A stretch of DNA of 63,472 nt, the filler included, from Stramenopiles sp. TOSAG23-2 (Eukaryota), in the NCBI GenBank assembly GCA_900128395.1. It is 18 parts of 18 records of this genome, joined end to end, with 100 filler letters (N's around TTAATTAATTAA, not from the genome) between each part and the next. Parts side by side here need not be neighbours in the genome. Positions count along the whole stretch, not along the records: positions 1 to 3,590 come from LT651157.1; positions 3,691 to 7,279 come from LT651158.1; positions 7,380 to 10,968 come from LT651159.1; positions 11,069 to 14,655 come from LT651160.1; 14 more parts are not named here. One strand, given 5' to 3'. The translations under genes and the position numbers were made by a program. Positions 1 through 11,110 of this stretch are shown in pieces. The notes beneath the pieces are model-generated. The model was not told the DNA's origin. It worked only from the letters and a program-made list of their open reading frames with translations, and searched no databases. How positions within the stretch are numbered: position 1 is the first letter of the stretch; every line of letters starts with the position of its first letter.

Positions 1-1848
1 CCACCACCACCACCACAACAACTTAAACCTAAATGTAATGCATGTGAAAAAGTATTGTTGGAAGATAACCCAAAAAGATGCTCTAGGTGCAAAGTTGTAT
101 TTTACTGTAGCAAGGAGTGTCAAGTTAAAGATTGGACAAAAGGCGGGCACAAGAAATTGTGTAAAAAACAAGCATCAACAATTGGAACAAAACAAGCATC
201 AACAATTAGTACAAAACAAAATGCATCTTCTGGGCTTGTTGATTATCGCGGTGACGGTGTCATGTGGAAACTCCCTCATGACAAGAAGAAATGGGTAAGT
301 TTTGACTGGAACTATCCAGAAGTGGGTACCCCGTTGCCGGAAGCGCGTGCTGGATTTGGAACGCTATATTTGCAGTGGGATGGAGTGACAAATCCAATGG
401 ATATACCTCTTATTACCGAAGCCGCAGAAAAATTTAAAGTGAACCTAACTGGGCATGCTGGAGATTTAGAAGGAAAAAGTAAAAAAGGAAAGGTATTCGA
501 TTTGCTGAAAATGGCAGAAGGAATGATGAGTTCGTTTCCACGAAGTGACCCGCCTGGATTTTTTATGATTGATGCTGGAAATGGATATAAAAAATATCCG
601 TATTCTGAAGAAATTAAAAAACAACAAAGGAAAACATATCCTCCTATGGCTAGCTTAAAATCAAATAAAATCTATAGCAACAATGAATTGTTTTGTAACG
701 CTTTGAAAAAGGATTCTTGGTATGGCCATGTGCTGAAGATAAATAGTGAATCAAAAAAGGGTTTAAAAATTCTTCGTTGGATCAAGAAAAAATCAGTTCC
801 AGGGAAAGCATCGTTGATTATCCATAGCGAAATTGTAAAAGAGGTTGATAAAAAGAAAAATCTATATGCCAAAATTATTACTGGGTTGGGGCACCAAGTT
901 CCACCAGAGAATAGATCAAAACTTATGTTTCCCACTATGTCAGAAGATTTAAAAAAATACGGATTGACAACACATTTTCATTTATATAAACATGACAAAG
1001 AAGTAGCACGAATCCATGTTTCATACAAAGATGGGTCCCATAACAGTGTAATTGGACCAACAGTAGAAATGATGGAAACTTTAAAGGAATGTCAAGGGAA
1101 TAAATATTTAAAAAAATTATTCAGAGTTTTAGAAGAGTTTTATTTTACAAATTGGCGTTTCAATCGAGTTGGGGGGAAATTTGCGGATGGAAATATATTT
1201 GGCCAAGGCAAGACTGCTTGTATACTGAAGGCAACATATATGCAAGGTGCCAATGTTGAGAAGAAAAAAATCAATAATAAAGTTTCAAAAAATGTTACTG
1301 ATAAAAAGTTGTTGTCTGGAATGGGATGGATAATACGAGAAATTGTAAAAGAAGATACCAATAGTCCTATGGTTGCTATGAATGCTTCTCAACGAGATCG
1401 AGATGAAGAATGGATGAAGTTTATTACAGAGAAAAATATTACTAGTAGTAGTGGTAAAAAAAGTAACTATGAAAAAATATTCTACTGTGAAAACTGTACA
1501 TGTAGTTCGCCGAAAAAATCTGAAGCACCTTATAAAAAATGCGAAAAATGTGAATGTGTTATGTATTGCTCCGTAGCTTGCCAACGGAAGGACTGGCCAT
1601 TTCACAAATTATGGTGCGGTAAAACGTCTGATAAAATTCTTAAGAAGTGCGTGAAATTGAAATATTACGAAGCAACTGATTCAACGATTACCAATTGTGT
1701 CAGTTCCATAATTAGCAATACGAATAGTGTAAATATATCAGACGCATATGAAACTCATATTTATGACTGTATTAAAGTACCAGAGGAACATAGACCATCA
1801 GCACATACTCGTTCCAAATTGCGTGAAAGAGCAAAAAAAGGATATTAG
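1..1848 (+). CDS. Protein with two MYND-type zinc fingers (N- and C-terminal), 5'-partial
   Basis: Frame is open from base 1 (PPPPPQQLKPKCNACEKVLLEDNPKRCSRCKVVFYCSKECQVKDWTKGGHKKLC). A second MYND finger reads CENC...CEKCECVMYCSVACQRKDWPFHKLWC. Confidence 0.8.
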   Translation, partial: PPPPPQQLKPKCNACEKVLLEDNPKRCSRCKVVFYCSKECQVKDWTKGGHKKLCKKQASTIGTKQASTISTKQNASSGLVDYRGDGVMWKLPHDKKKWVSFDWNYPEVGTPLPEARAGFGTLYLQWDGVTNPMDIPLITEAAEKFKVNLTGHAGDLEGKSKKGKVFDLLKMAEGMMSSFPRSDPPGFFMIDAGNGYKKYPYSEEIKKQQRKTYPPMASLKSNKIYSNNELFCNALKKDSWYGHVLKINSESKKGLKILRWIKKKSVPGKASLIIHSEIVKEVDKKKNLYAKIITGLGHQVPPENRSKLMFPTMSEDLKKYGLTTHFHLYKHDKEVARIHVSYKDGSHNSVIGPTVEMMETLKECQGNKYLKKLFRVLEEFYFTNWRFNRVGGKFADGNIFGQGKTACILKATYMQGANVEKKKINNKVSKNVTDKKLLSGMGWIIREIVKEDTNSPMVAMNASQRDRDEEWMKFITEKNITSSSGKKSNYEKIFYCENCTCSSPKKSEAPYKKCEKCECVMYCSVACQRKDWPFHKLWCGKTSDKILKKCVKLKYYEATDSTITNCVSSIISNTNSVNISDAYETHIYDCIKVPEEHRPSAHTRSKLRERAKKGY

Positions 1849-1964
1849 CGTATTTATTTTAGAAATTTTTTTTTTGTTTTTATTTCGGCTAATATATGAT
1901 TATATTTGTTTTTTTAGTACACAAACACCTTTTTTATATTATTTTATATTCGTTAAAAGTTTTT

Positions 1965-3032
1965 TTAATCTTTCTTCTTCCTTTCCTCCCCATCATGAAC
2001 TGCAGTGTCATTTCCTTTTTCACCATATGAACCAACTTTTTCATTTTTCCATATTCTTTTCAACCCACCTTTCACACCAGCATGTGTACCAAATAAACGA
2101 TCCATTGGAACATGCTCTGCACCATAATTACAATCGAAATGTGCATGATGTAAATAATGAAAATAATCACCACTTCCTGGTGAACCAAATCCATCATGTC
2201 CAAGCCAAGCACCAACACCACAATCAATAATACATCCAAGTACAATTGCTGGATGACAACCAAATGGTACAGCAATGAAACATGCAGAATAATACAATGT
2301 AGATTCTACTGGATGCATTGATGTGCCAGAAAATGCAGTAGGATTGTAACTTTTGTGATGTAAACTATGAACATGTTTATATAGAAATTTACCAATATCA
2401 GGAATTTTTTTCGTTTTCCATGGATGCATCATACGATGTATTAAATAGAAATGTGGAATACGCCAATGCGTAATTAACATTGCCCATGCTAAATTGGAAT
2501 ATAATTGTTCTTCCTGGAAGAAATTTTCTTCAAATGCTGGAAAATAATCATTGCAATAACCATAACATAAGAAAATTTCAATCATGGTACCAGTTATTGT
2601 TGCCGATGTTGTCCAAAACATATCGTGAAATATTTGTTTGTTTGACGGATATTTTGGATTCATTTTAAATGGTGCAAATTTTTCTTTTAATGGACTAAAA
2701 TACAATAACCAATCCCAAAATCCAGCAATAATAAACTGTGCCAATAAATTTCGTACAAGCATTGGTAACATCCAACTCATTTCATATTCTGAAGCAATAT
2801 TATTAAATGCAGGATATGCACCTTTTGGTTGTATCATCGGTGAAAGATAATATATCGCACCATACGCCATTAAAAACGAACGTACAGCAGCAAACATGGA
2901 AGTAATATGGTCATTCAACGGAAGATACCCATAGGATACAGGTTTATTAATTTCATCTTTTTCTTCATCAAACGTAGATGCTTTATAGACATTAATCGTA
3001 GGCCATAAAAATGGCGATATGTATTGGGTCAT
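1965..3032 (-). CDS. Fatty acid hydroxylase / sterol desaturase family protein (lathosterol oxidase/ERG3-like)
   Basis: Three His boxes (HFYLIHRMMH, HSLHH, HYLHH), followed by NYG..MDRLFGT, plus hydrophobic segments. Confidence 0.85.
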   Translation of the reverse strand: MTQYISPFLWPTINVYKASTFDEEKDEINKPVSYGYLPLNDHITSMFAAVRSFLMAYGAIYYLSPMIQPKGAYPAFNNIASEYEMSWMLPMLVRNLLAQFIIAGFWDWLLYFSPLKEKFAPFKMNPKYPSNKQIFHDMFWTTSATITGTMIEIFLCYGYCNDYFPAFEENFFQEEQLYSNLAWAMLITHWRIPHFYLIHRMMHPWKTKKIPDIGKFLYKHVHSLHHKSYNPTAFSGTSMHPVESTLYYSACFIAVPFGCHPAIVLGCIIDCGVGAWLGHDGFGSPGSGDYFHYLHHAHFDCNYGAEHVPMDRLFGTHAGVKGGLKRIWKNEKVGSYGEKGNDTAVHDGEERKKKD

Positions 3033-3590
3033 ATTTTGTTTGTTTGTTCGTTGTTATTTTTATCTATGTGTCGTGTATCTGTATGTATGTAAAGGTAAAA
3101 TATAATATTTATATATATATAGGTGTGAGATCTTTTCTATATTGATTCTTCTTCTTTGTTTGTTGTATAATACGGCCAATATATACTATATATAATAGGG
3201 GTGTTTTTTTGGATAATAATAAAAAATATATAATTGTTTGTAATTTGTAATAATATATATAATTTAAAACGCTGTTCCAAATAATGCCAAAACTTCTCTC
3301 CATTTTTTTGTGCCTTTTGTTTTCAATCTTGTCATACATATAATATCTAGTTTGAAATTATTATACCACGCTATAGCTACTAGTTGGTGTTGAGCTTATA
3401 GGCTTTGTAAATAAAGACGGATGAAAAACCTCCTCAAAATAGTGGGGTTAAATAAGTACAAATTTAGTATACTATAGATATTTGATAGGTAGATCTTGGG
3501 AGAGAATAAATTCATAAAATCCAAAAATGACCAATGTTACTTGGATGAAAATATCTAGAATATCCGATTGTTTATATTATCCAATCCCTA

Positions 3591-3690
3591 NNNNNNNNNN
3601 NNNNNNNNNNNNNNNNNNNNNNNNNNNNNNNNNNTTAATTAATTAANNNNNNNNNNNNNNNNNNNNNNNNNNNNNNNNNNNNNNNNNNNN
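3591..3690. other. Artificial contig spacer (N44-TTAATTAATTAA-N44). The same spacer occurs at 7280-7379, 10969-11068, 14656-14755, 18342-18441, 22027-22126, 25710-25809, 29390-29489, 33070-33169, 36742-36841, 40406-40505, 44062-44161, 47718-47817, 51371-51470, 55023-55122, 58673-58772 and 62319-62418
   Basis: Identical 100-nt linker with stops in all six frames. The segments between linkers decrease steadily in length. Confidence 0.99.
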
Positions 3691-3906
3691 CCACAGAGTG
3701 TGCCAATATTTTTAAGATACAAAAATATTGGTGGAGGTAAATAGACTTTATATCATATATAAATCATTTTGATTTGAGATGTTAATGAACGGGAGTAAAA
3801 GAAATTTATACCGTATAATATATATGCGTAAGAGAACATTTTTATATATATTATATACGACACGTATCATATTAACACACTCTCGTATATATAATATTAT
3901 GCTGGA

Positions 3907-4040
3907 GTTAAATCTTAAGTTTTTTTATAATATTTTTTATAATATTTAAAATATTTATATCATAATGATGCTTCAATACTCAATCTAAGAAATGTATTTA
4001 ATCCTATCATACTATATAGCTCTCGTGCGACTACTCTATA
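3907..4040 (+). repeat. Degenerate copy of dispersed repeat family A
   Basis: gttaaatcttaagt...atgcttcaatactcaatc...atcctatcatactatatagctct matches the family A consensus. Confidence 0.55.
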
Positions 4041-4416
4041 AAATACGTATGATATTTCAAATTTAAATACAATCTTCCCCCTCTATATTTCCTTTTGATA
4101 CAAACATTATATATATATATATATATATATTATATTATTTATTGTATATTTATGTGTATTTTCTTATCGTTACACATACTTTTCAAGATCTTTATTAAAT
4201 ATAAAGTAATGATAGTTGAAAATGTTTCTTGGTGTTGTATCATAGAAATATTTGTCTTGCATAATGTTTCTTATATACATCACCACAATATCAACATTTA
4301 AAGACGGAACATTTAATCTACTTCTTCCATTTTGGAATCATCTTCATCGTCATCATCACCATCCAATTCTGGTAAATCATCGATGTCATCATCCTCATCA
4401 TCAAAAGACGGAACAT

Positions 4417-6558
4417 TTAATCTACTTCTTCCATTTTGGAATCATCTTCATCGTCATCATCACCATCCAATTCTGGTAAATCATCGATGTCATCATCCTC
4501 ATCATCATCATCACCTGCATCATCGTCATCAACACCTAAACCAAGTTTGATCAATCGATGGATACGGCTTGCAAATGTTGTTGGTTCGTCTAACGAGAAA
4601 CCACTTGTTAAAAGACTTGTATCGTACAACAACCAGATTAAATCTTTCACGGTTTTATCGGATTGATCAGCTTCGGCTTTTTCGCGTAAATTTTTAATAA
4701 TAGCATGGTTTGGATTGACTTCCATGGTTTTCTTACTGGACATGTATCCTTGCATGGAGCTATCACGAAGTGCTTGAGCCTTCATGATACGTTCCATATT
4801 TGCAGTCCATCCATATTCTCCAGTAACAAGAACACATGGTGAATCAACGATACGGTTGGATACTTGAACTTTCTCAACTTTGTCATCTAAAACTTCTTTC
4901 ATCAATTTGCACAAACCTTCCGTCTTTGCTTTTTCCTCTTCGAATGCTTTTTTCTCATCTTCGGTTTCATCCAAGTTCAAACCTTCTTTGCTTGCGCATA
5001 AAAGTTTTTTACCATCGTATTCTTTCAATTGCTGTACGCAATATTCATCAATTGGGTCAACCATGTAAAGAACTTCAAAACCTTTTTTCTTCAATTTTTC
5101 CAAGAATGGGGAACTTTCAACGGCTTTTTTGCTTTCACCGGTGATGTAATAAATACCTGGTTGGTTCTCTTTCATTCTACCGACGTATTCTTTCAATGAA
5201 GTAAGATCGTCACCAGATTTGCTGGAGTTGTAACGTAACAATTCAGACAATTTGCTTCTGTTTGTGCTGTCTTCATGTACACCCAATTTTAAATTTTTGC
5301 TAAATGCTTCGTAGAACTTTTTGTAATCATCCTTATCCTCAGCAATATCGTTCATCAATTCAATACTTTTTTTGACTAAATTTTTCTTGATAACGCGCAA
5401 AATTTTATTTTGTTGAAGGGTCTCACGGGAAATGTTCAATGGTAAATCTTCACTATCAACAATACCTTTCACGAATGACAACCATTCTGGCATCAAGTCT
5501 TCGCAATTGTCCATGATAAATACACGACGTACATATAAACGAATGTTGTTTTGCTTTTTGCCTTTGCCTTCAAACATATCGAATGGTGCACGTTTTGGTG
5601 CAAACAACATAGCACGGAATTCCAATTGGCCTTCAACACTGAAATGTTTCACTTTCAAATGTTCTTCCCAATCGTTTGTCAATGCTTTGTAAAATGCAGC
5701 GTATTCTTCATGGGAGATATCTTTTGGTTTTCTCATCCACAATGGCTTTTGTTTGTTCATGGTTTCCCATTCATGTTTGACCTCTTTAATTTTTTTCGTT
5801 TTCTTTTCCTTCTTTTTACCTTCATCTTTTTCAACTTCTTCAACTTTTGGTTTATCATCACCATCTTCATCATCTTCATCATCATCATCGTCTTCATCAT
5901 CGGTAACTTCTTTCTCTTCGGTTTTTTCAACCCACAATTCAATTGGGAAACCAATGAATTCACTGTGTTTCTTTACCAAATCTTTCAAGCGTCTTTCTTC
6001 CAAATATTCTTGTTGGTCTTCTTTCAAATGCAACGTAATACTGGTACCACGTCCAATTTCTTTACCTTCATCTTTCACGATAGTGAAACTACCACCAGCA
6101 CTGGATTCCCATCGGTATTGCTCATCGTCGTTATGTTTGGAAACAACAACAACTTTCTCCGCTACTAAATATGCAGAGTAGAAACCTACACCGAATTGAC
6201 CAATCATACTGATATCAGCACCTGCAGATAAAGCCTCCATAAAAGCTTTAGTACCAGATTTTGCGATGGTACCTAAGTTGTTGATCAAGTCCGTTTTCGT
6301 CATACCAATACCACTATCTTGGATAGTCAAGGTATTGTTTGCTTTGTCTGGGATCAATTTGATGTTCAATTCTGGTGCACTTTTCAATGCATCTGCATCA
6401 GTTAATGATTCGTAACGAATTTTATCTAACGCATCAGAACTATTTGATATTAACTCTCGTAAGAAGATTTCTTTGTTAGAATAAAAGGTATTAATGATAA
6501 GACTCATTAACTGAGAGATATCAGCGGAGAATGCGAATGTTTCGGTTTCTTCAGCCAT
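4417..6558 (-). CDS. HSP90: Cytosolic heat shock protein 90
   Basis: [34 protein letters not shown], acidic linker and C-terminal MEEVD. Intronless, 713 aa. Confidence 0.99.
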   Translation of the reverse strand: MAEETETFAFSADISQLMSLIINTFYSNKEIFLRELISNSSDALDKIRYESLTDADALKSAPELNIKLIPDKANNTLTIQDSGIGMTKTDLINNLGTIAKSGTKAFMEALSAGADISMIGQFGVGFYSAYLVAEKVVVVSKHNDDEQYRWESSAGGSFTIVKDEGKEIGRGTSITLHLKEDQQEYLEERRLKDLVKKHSEFIGFPIELWVEKTEEKEVTDDEDDDDDEDDEDGDDKPKVEEVEKDEGKKKEKKTKKIKEVKHEWETMNKQKPLWMRKPKDISHEEYAAFYKALTNDWEEHLKVKHFSVEGQLEFRAMLFAPKRAPFDMFEGKGKKQNNIRLYVRRVFIMDNCEDLMPEWLSFVKGIVDSEDLPLNISRETLQQNKILRVIKKNLVKKSIELMNDIAEDKDDYKKFYEAFSKNLKLGVHEDSTNRSKLSELLRYNSSKSGDDLTSLKEYVGRMKENQPGIYYITGESKKAVESSPFLEKLKKKGFEVLYMVDPIDEYCVQQLKEYDGKKLLCASKEGLNLDETEDEKKAFEEEKAKTEGLCKLMKEVLDDKVEKVQVSNRIVDSPCVLVTGEYGWTANMERIMKAQALRDSSMQGYMSSKKTMEVNPNHAIIKNLREKAEADQSDKTVKDLIWLLYDTSLLTSGFSLDEPTTFASRIHRLIKLGLGVDDDDAGDDDDEDDDIDDLPELDGDDDDEDDSKMEEVD

Positions 6559-7513
6559 TTTTGTTTTTCAAACTTGTTTTGTGATTGTATATATGTATAA
6601 AAAAAAAATTAAAGTACGATTCTGTTTCTTTTATCTTTTCTGTTTCTTTGTTTCTTTGTTCCTTTGTTGTAGTGTGGTGTGTGTAGGTACATATGATAGA
6701 CATATCTTATATATTTGTTTTTTTTGTTTTCAAAATTGGTGGTGTGTTTATGTTAATTTTTAGTACGATTCTGTTTCTTTTATCTTTTCTGTTTCTTTGT
6801 TTCTTTGTTCCTTTGTTGTAGTGTGGTGTGTGTAGGTACATATGATAGACATATCTTATATATTTGTTTTTTTTGTTTTCAAAATTGGTGGTGTGTTTAT
6901 GTTAATTTTTGCGATGTGTTCCTGGTGTTCCAGTAAAGTCAAAATGTTGGTTTACACCTGGCATAGGAATACCATTGAGGCGCAATGAACTCGCCCGCTT
7001 CGAGAAGAATGCAGTTCCTCTGATAATTGTGTGGTAATTGTGTGGTCCTAGCTCTTCGCTTTTTGCAAATTATGGTGGTATTGGACCATTAAAACTACTT
7101 TATTTCCCTTATTATTGTATTAATACTGTACCAGGTATAATAGCCGCCTAATAATATCACAATGAACAACATTTATCGGAAAAACGCATTGTAGCTGGCG
7201 GCTGGGCATGCTGGGCCTGGCTGGCTGGCCGGGCTGGGCTGGCCCAGCTGGCGGGCTGGTGGCTGGCCCAGGGCTGGTGNNNNNNNNNNNNNNNNNNNNN
7301 NNNNNNNNNNNNNNNNNNNNNNNTTAATTAATTAANNNNNNNNNNNNNNNNNNNNNNNNNNNNNNNNNNNNNNNNNNNNATAGCGCCTCTAGAGGAGTCA
7401 GTCGTGGTAGTAACCAAGGCGGTGGCTTTCTCATGAGACCAAATACATCATCGACAAACCGTTCTCATCGATAAAGAAGAGGGTGGATGGTGTGAGAAAT
7501 AATATATAAAATA

Positions 7514-7652
7514 ATAATTTTTTGAGATTATTGTTATTTATAATATATTTTCCTATATAAGTTATACTAGACACTACCAAGGCATATTTACCTTCTATAA
7601 TTTTATTATGACCTTTTATAGGATACTTTATGTACTTATGAAACATATATAC
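7514..7652 (+). repeat. Direct repeat copy 1 (~140 bp), upstream of the MACPF gene
   Basis: Near-identical to 10587-10735. Confidence 0.9.
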
Positions 7653-8533
7653 TATATATACATCGATTTTTCACCTATCAAATGACACATAATTTCTTGA
7701 ATGGGAAAATTATATGGGCTGGATGTATAGCAGGGAAGAACGAAGGGAATCGAGTAGGAAAATAGATATGTGCATCTGTCGTAAAAATCGTTATAAAAAT
7801 ATGGTCGTTTTTTGTTAAGATTACATTTTAATTTATTTATTAAATCAATGAGTTGTAGGAATTATCAAATGAGTAAATTAAAAAATGAATTACGCCTAAA
7901 TTAAATTATTAATAATACGCGCTTCGTATATTAATCTCAGACACACATACTTTATCACCCTTCTTTGTAATAATCATGCAACAGATCAACAGATCAATAG
8001 ATCAATATATAGATCACAGAAAGAAATTAACCGGTTACGTGTTACTCGTAGGGTTTTTATTTTAGGCAAGAAATAAAAATTCTACTAAATTTTGAGGTCA
8101 TAGAAAATGGTACAACAACATCAACTTTGTTGCTTTCATATAATAATAGAAAGCGATCTGGTGAATGGTGAAGTGGAACATTTAGCAGGTAGATAAAAGG
8201 TAAGCGGAACTTTCTTGACTTTTTCTTTTTTCATTTTCCTCGGGAAGGGTGCCTTTTTGTTCTTTTCTTCCAGGAACAGCACTTTTTTTTTGTACAGAAG
8301 AAGGATACTCAAATATTGTTTTTAGCATCACTCCAGCACTACGAAAATGTGAAAAAATACTGCAACTAAAAAAAAATCAATTAAAATACACAAATATATA
8401 CACACACATATAAAACATAACACACAAAAATATTAGGGTAATAAAGCTAATTTATACATTGCACTTTATCCAGATATTTCAATTATTAAAAGAATTTTAT
8501 AAATTATAAAGGACCCGTCTTATTCAACTAACA

Positions 8534-10195
8534 ATGTTATTTCGTATGATGTTATCGGTCATGTGTTTCGTCACATTGTTACCTTTACTAACTTCAACAA
8601 ACTTGGAACCTGCTCCTGATGCCTCATGTACCAACCTTCCAGAATGGATGTCTTTTGCATCTGCTGGGGTTGATATCACTACGTTCGATCCGTTATCCAC
8701 GACACCTGATTGGAAACGACAGATTGTTACTTTTACTTGCGCGAAGAAGAATACGTTCAACGATGAATATACAAACATAAGATATGATCAACCTGATCAG
8801 CTTGACAGTGTTCTTCCCAATGCAGGTAGCGTCCTTGCTGCTACCCAATTCCATGCCGACACAAGCGTGGGATGGGCCGAATCAATGGGTGCATATTTCA
8901 CTGCAGGTGCAGATGCTTTGATGGCAGCGTTCAGTTCTACGGAGAGCTTTCACGAGGCAGCAGCCGCACAATTTAATGGGAGCACTACAGCAGGTGTTGC
9001 ATTTTCTACCTTTAGCTCTTACAAAGTGCAGACAGTTGTACCAAGTGTATTTGACATCTCCGAAGAGGCAACTTCCACATACAATGCCTTGTTTGGTGAC
9101 AACTTCAAGTTTGGTCTATCAACTGTTGCTTTGTATAATGAGTTTATTAAATATTTTGGAACTCATTTCTTGGCGAAGCTTGAATTGGGAGCATTTGTGG
9201 TAATGGAGTTTTTTACTGACCGTGTTGAAGAGGCAGCTGAGTCGAAGGCAGATTTTTCTGCCAATGTCGATGCTAGCTTTCTCGGGCTAGTTGCTGCTGC
9301 TGGGGGTGGTTCTGTGGGTGAAAACGCAAGCCAGTCGTTCAAAGAGCATACAAAAATTAGCTCTCTTAAGACGCTTGGGGGGTATGGCCAGCCTACTCCC
9401 GCTACATGGGGAGCTTGGACAAAATCCGTTCCAATAGCCCCCCATGTTAATGGCGCGACATTGCAACCTATTTACACCCTGTTTCCAAATCAGAGCAAAG
9501 CCGATAACATGAAAGCAGCTGTTGCGAACCACTACAACAAAGCCATGCTAAATAACAATATTATACCTAGTCTAGAAGCAGTGATAATTCATGATGCATA
9601 CGTATCGAAGGATGAAGCTTGCTCGACTTCTGACTGCCCACTGGTAATTCCGGCAAGCTGTACAGCAGGTTACGACCCAAATACAGGATGTTCAGGTCTA
9701 ATGCCAAGTGGATGCAAGTATAGTACAAGTGGAAAAAGCAAATTACGCCATATTGTACCACGTTTGTATACACCTGGAGGTAGCGTTGGTGATTGTCAGT
9801 GCACACCAAAGGTTAGTGCTTTTTGCCTTGTTGAGAAGGAACCCCAACCAATGCCTGCTAACGTTACAGCAGCTCAGAAAAAGGCCATTGCAACTGCGAA
9901 ACATCTTCTCGCCATGGCAGTCGGTATGTCACTTTTGCCAATTCCGAAACCTGCTACTATGGTAGAATTGGTGGCCAACTGGACATCCCTTATTAAAAAG
10001 GTAACTTCTACGCCGGTACGCGAATCTTCGTGTGAGGTTGTCCACATAGGGCAATCATCGTGTTGTTGCGAGTGTTGTAGCGCCTCATGCTCGGCGCCTC
10101 TCGGACCAGATCCAATTTTCGGTTGTTTTGGTGCTAGTGGCCCCGTATCAAAAAGGCAAGGATGGATTCAATATCCAAGCGCTCTTGTAAATTGA
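8534..10195 (+). CDS. Secreted MAC/perforin (MACPF) domain protein with Cys-rich C-terminus
   Basis: N-terminal signal peptide, GVDITT early motif, MACPF signature YNEFIKYFGTHFLAKLELGA, LGG...W.AW.KSV...P, and a Cys-rich tail (CCCECCSASC). Confidence 0.88.
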   Translation: MLFRMMLSVMCFVTLLPLLTSTNLEPAPDASCTNLPEWMSFASAGVDITTFDPLSTTPDWKRQIVTFTCAKKNTFNDEYTNIRYDQPDQLDSVLPNAGSVLAATQFHADTSVGWAESMGAYFTAGADALMAAFSSTESFHEAAAAQFNGSTTAGVAFSTFSSYKVQTVVPSVFDISEEATSTYNALFGDNFKFGLSTVALYNEFIKYFGTHFLAKLELGAFVVMEFFTDRVEEAAESKADFSANVDASFLGLVAAAGGGSVGENASQSFKEHTKISSLKTLGGYGQPTPATWGAWTKSVPIAPHVNGATLQPIYTLFPNQSKADNMKAAVANHYNKAMLNNNIIPSLEAVIIHDAYVSKDEACSTSDCPLVIPASCTAGYDPNTGCSGLMPSGCKYSTSGKSKLRHIVPRLYTPGGSVGDCQCTPKVSAFCLVEKEPQPMPANVTAAQKKAIATAKHLLAMAVGMSLLPIPKPATMVELVANWTSLIKKVTSTPVRESSCEVVHIGQSSCCCECCSASCSAPLGPDPIFGCFGASGPVSKRQGWIQYPSALVN

Positions 10196-10586
10196 GACAC
10201 GTATTCGAATGTGTATATATATAATGTAAATATGATAGTAAAGTAAATGGAATATAAATTAAATTTAAAATTTTAGTAAAACAAAAAAATTTTGTAAATA
10301 TATTGGGAAATAAAAATTAATACGTAGATAATTTCCAAATTAAGAAAAGTAAAAAACAAATGTAAATAGTGTGTGTTATATTTAAAGATAATTAAAAAAT
10401 GTAATGATTTAGCAAGGTTCGTGGACCGTGTATAAATTTGAACTGTAACGTTGAGCGCTCAGATTAGAATTTGTACCACGTATAAAAGTAAAAGTAAAAA
10501 TATGATAGAGTGTATGATAAAAGATATATATCATATACTTTAATACGAAAAAATAAATAGTGCAATAATAGTCGTCTAATAAAATC

Positions 10587-10735
10587 ATAATTTTTTGAGA
10601 TTATTGTTATTTATAATATATTTTCCTATATAAGTTATACTAGACACTACCAAGGCATATTTACCTTCTATAATTTTATTATGAGACCTTTTATAGGATA
10701 CTCCACGTGGTTATGTACTTATGAAACATATATAC
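10587..10735 (+). repeat. Direct repeat copy 2, downstream of the MACPF gene
   Basis: Matches 7514-7652 except for a 2-nt (GA) and an 8-nt (CCACGTGG) insertion. Confidence 0.9.
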
Positions 10736-11110
10736 ATACTAACTCTCTTATACGAACAAAATATTAAATATATATATATATATATATACGCGCGCACATG
10801 TGCATCCCTCTCTCTCTCTCTCTGTCTCTTTCTTGTCTTTTCTCACACAATTAAAACAAAGAAGTCAAGAGTAAAAAAAAATTTAAACAATGACGTCACA
10901 TACACCATATTACGATGTGATTATATGTGCCATATCATATATATGATATTTAATATGATATGATACAANNNNNNNNNNNNNNNNNNNNNNNNNNNNNNNN
11001 NNNNNNNNNNNNTTAATTAATTAANNNNNNNNNNNNNNNNNNNNNNNNNNNNNNNNNNNNNNNNNNNNTTATCTAATATAGAAAATTTATTTATATATAT
11101 ATATATATAG

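Noticed and set aside
4300-4507. Exact 104-bp tandem duplication of the HSP90 3' end (a second MEEVD)
   Set aside because: A perfect, read-scale duplication is most likely a scaffolding or gap-closing artefact.
5432-6181. Long antisense ORFs over HSP90, and similar shadow ORFs elsewhere in the track
   Set aside because: These are by-products of codon bias and low-complexity tracts in the real gene on the opposite strand.
6613-6910. Exact 149-bp tandem duplication upstream of HSP90
   Set aside because: No divergence and about one read length, so probably an assembly artefact.
6997-7008. Heat-shock element (TTCgaGAA) upstream of HSP90
   Set aside because: Only two nGAAn units are in register, which is too weak to call.
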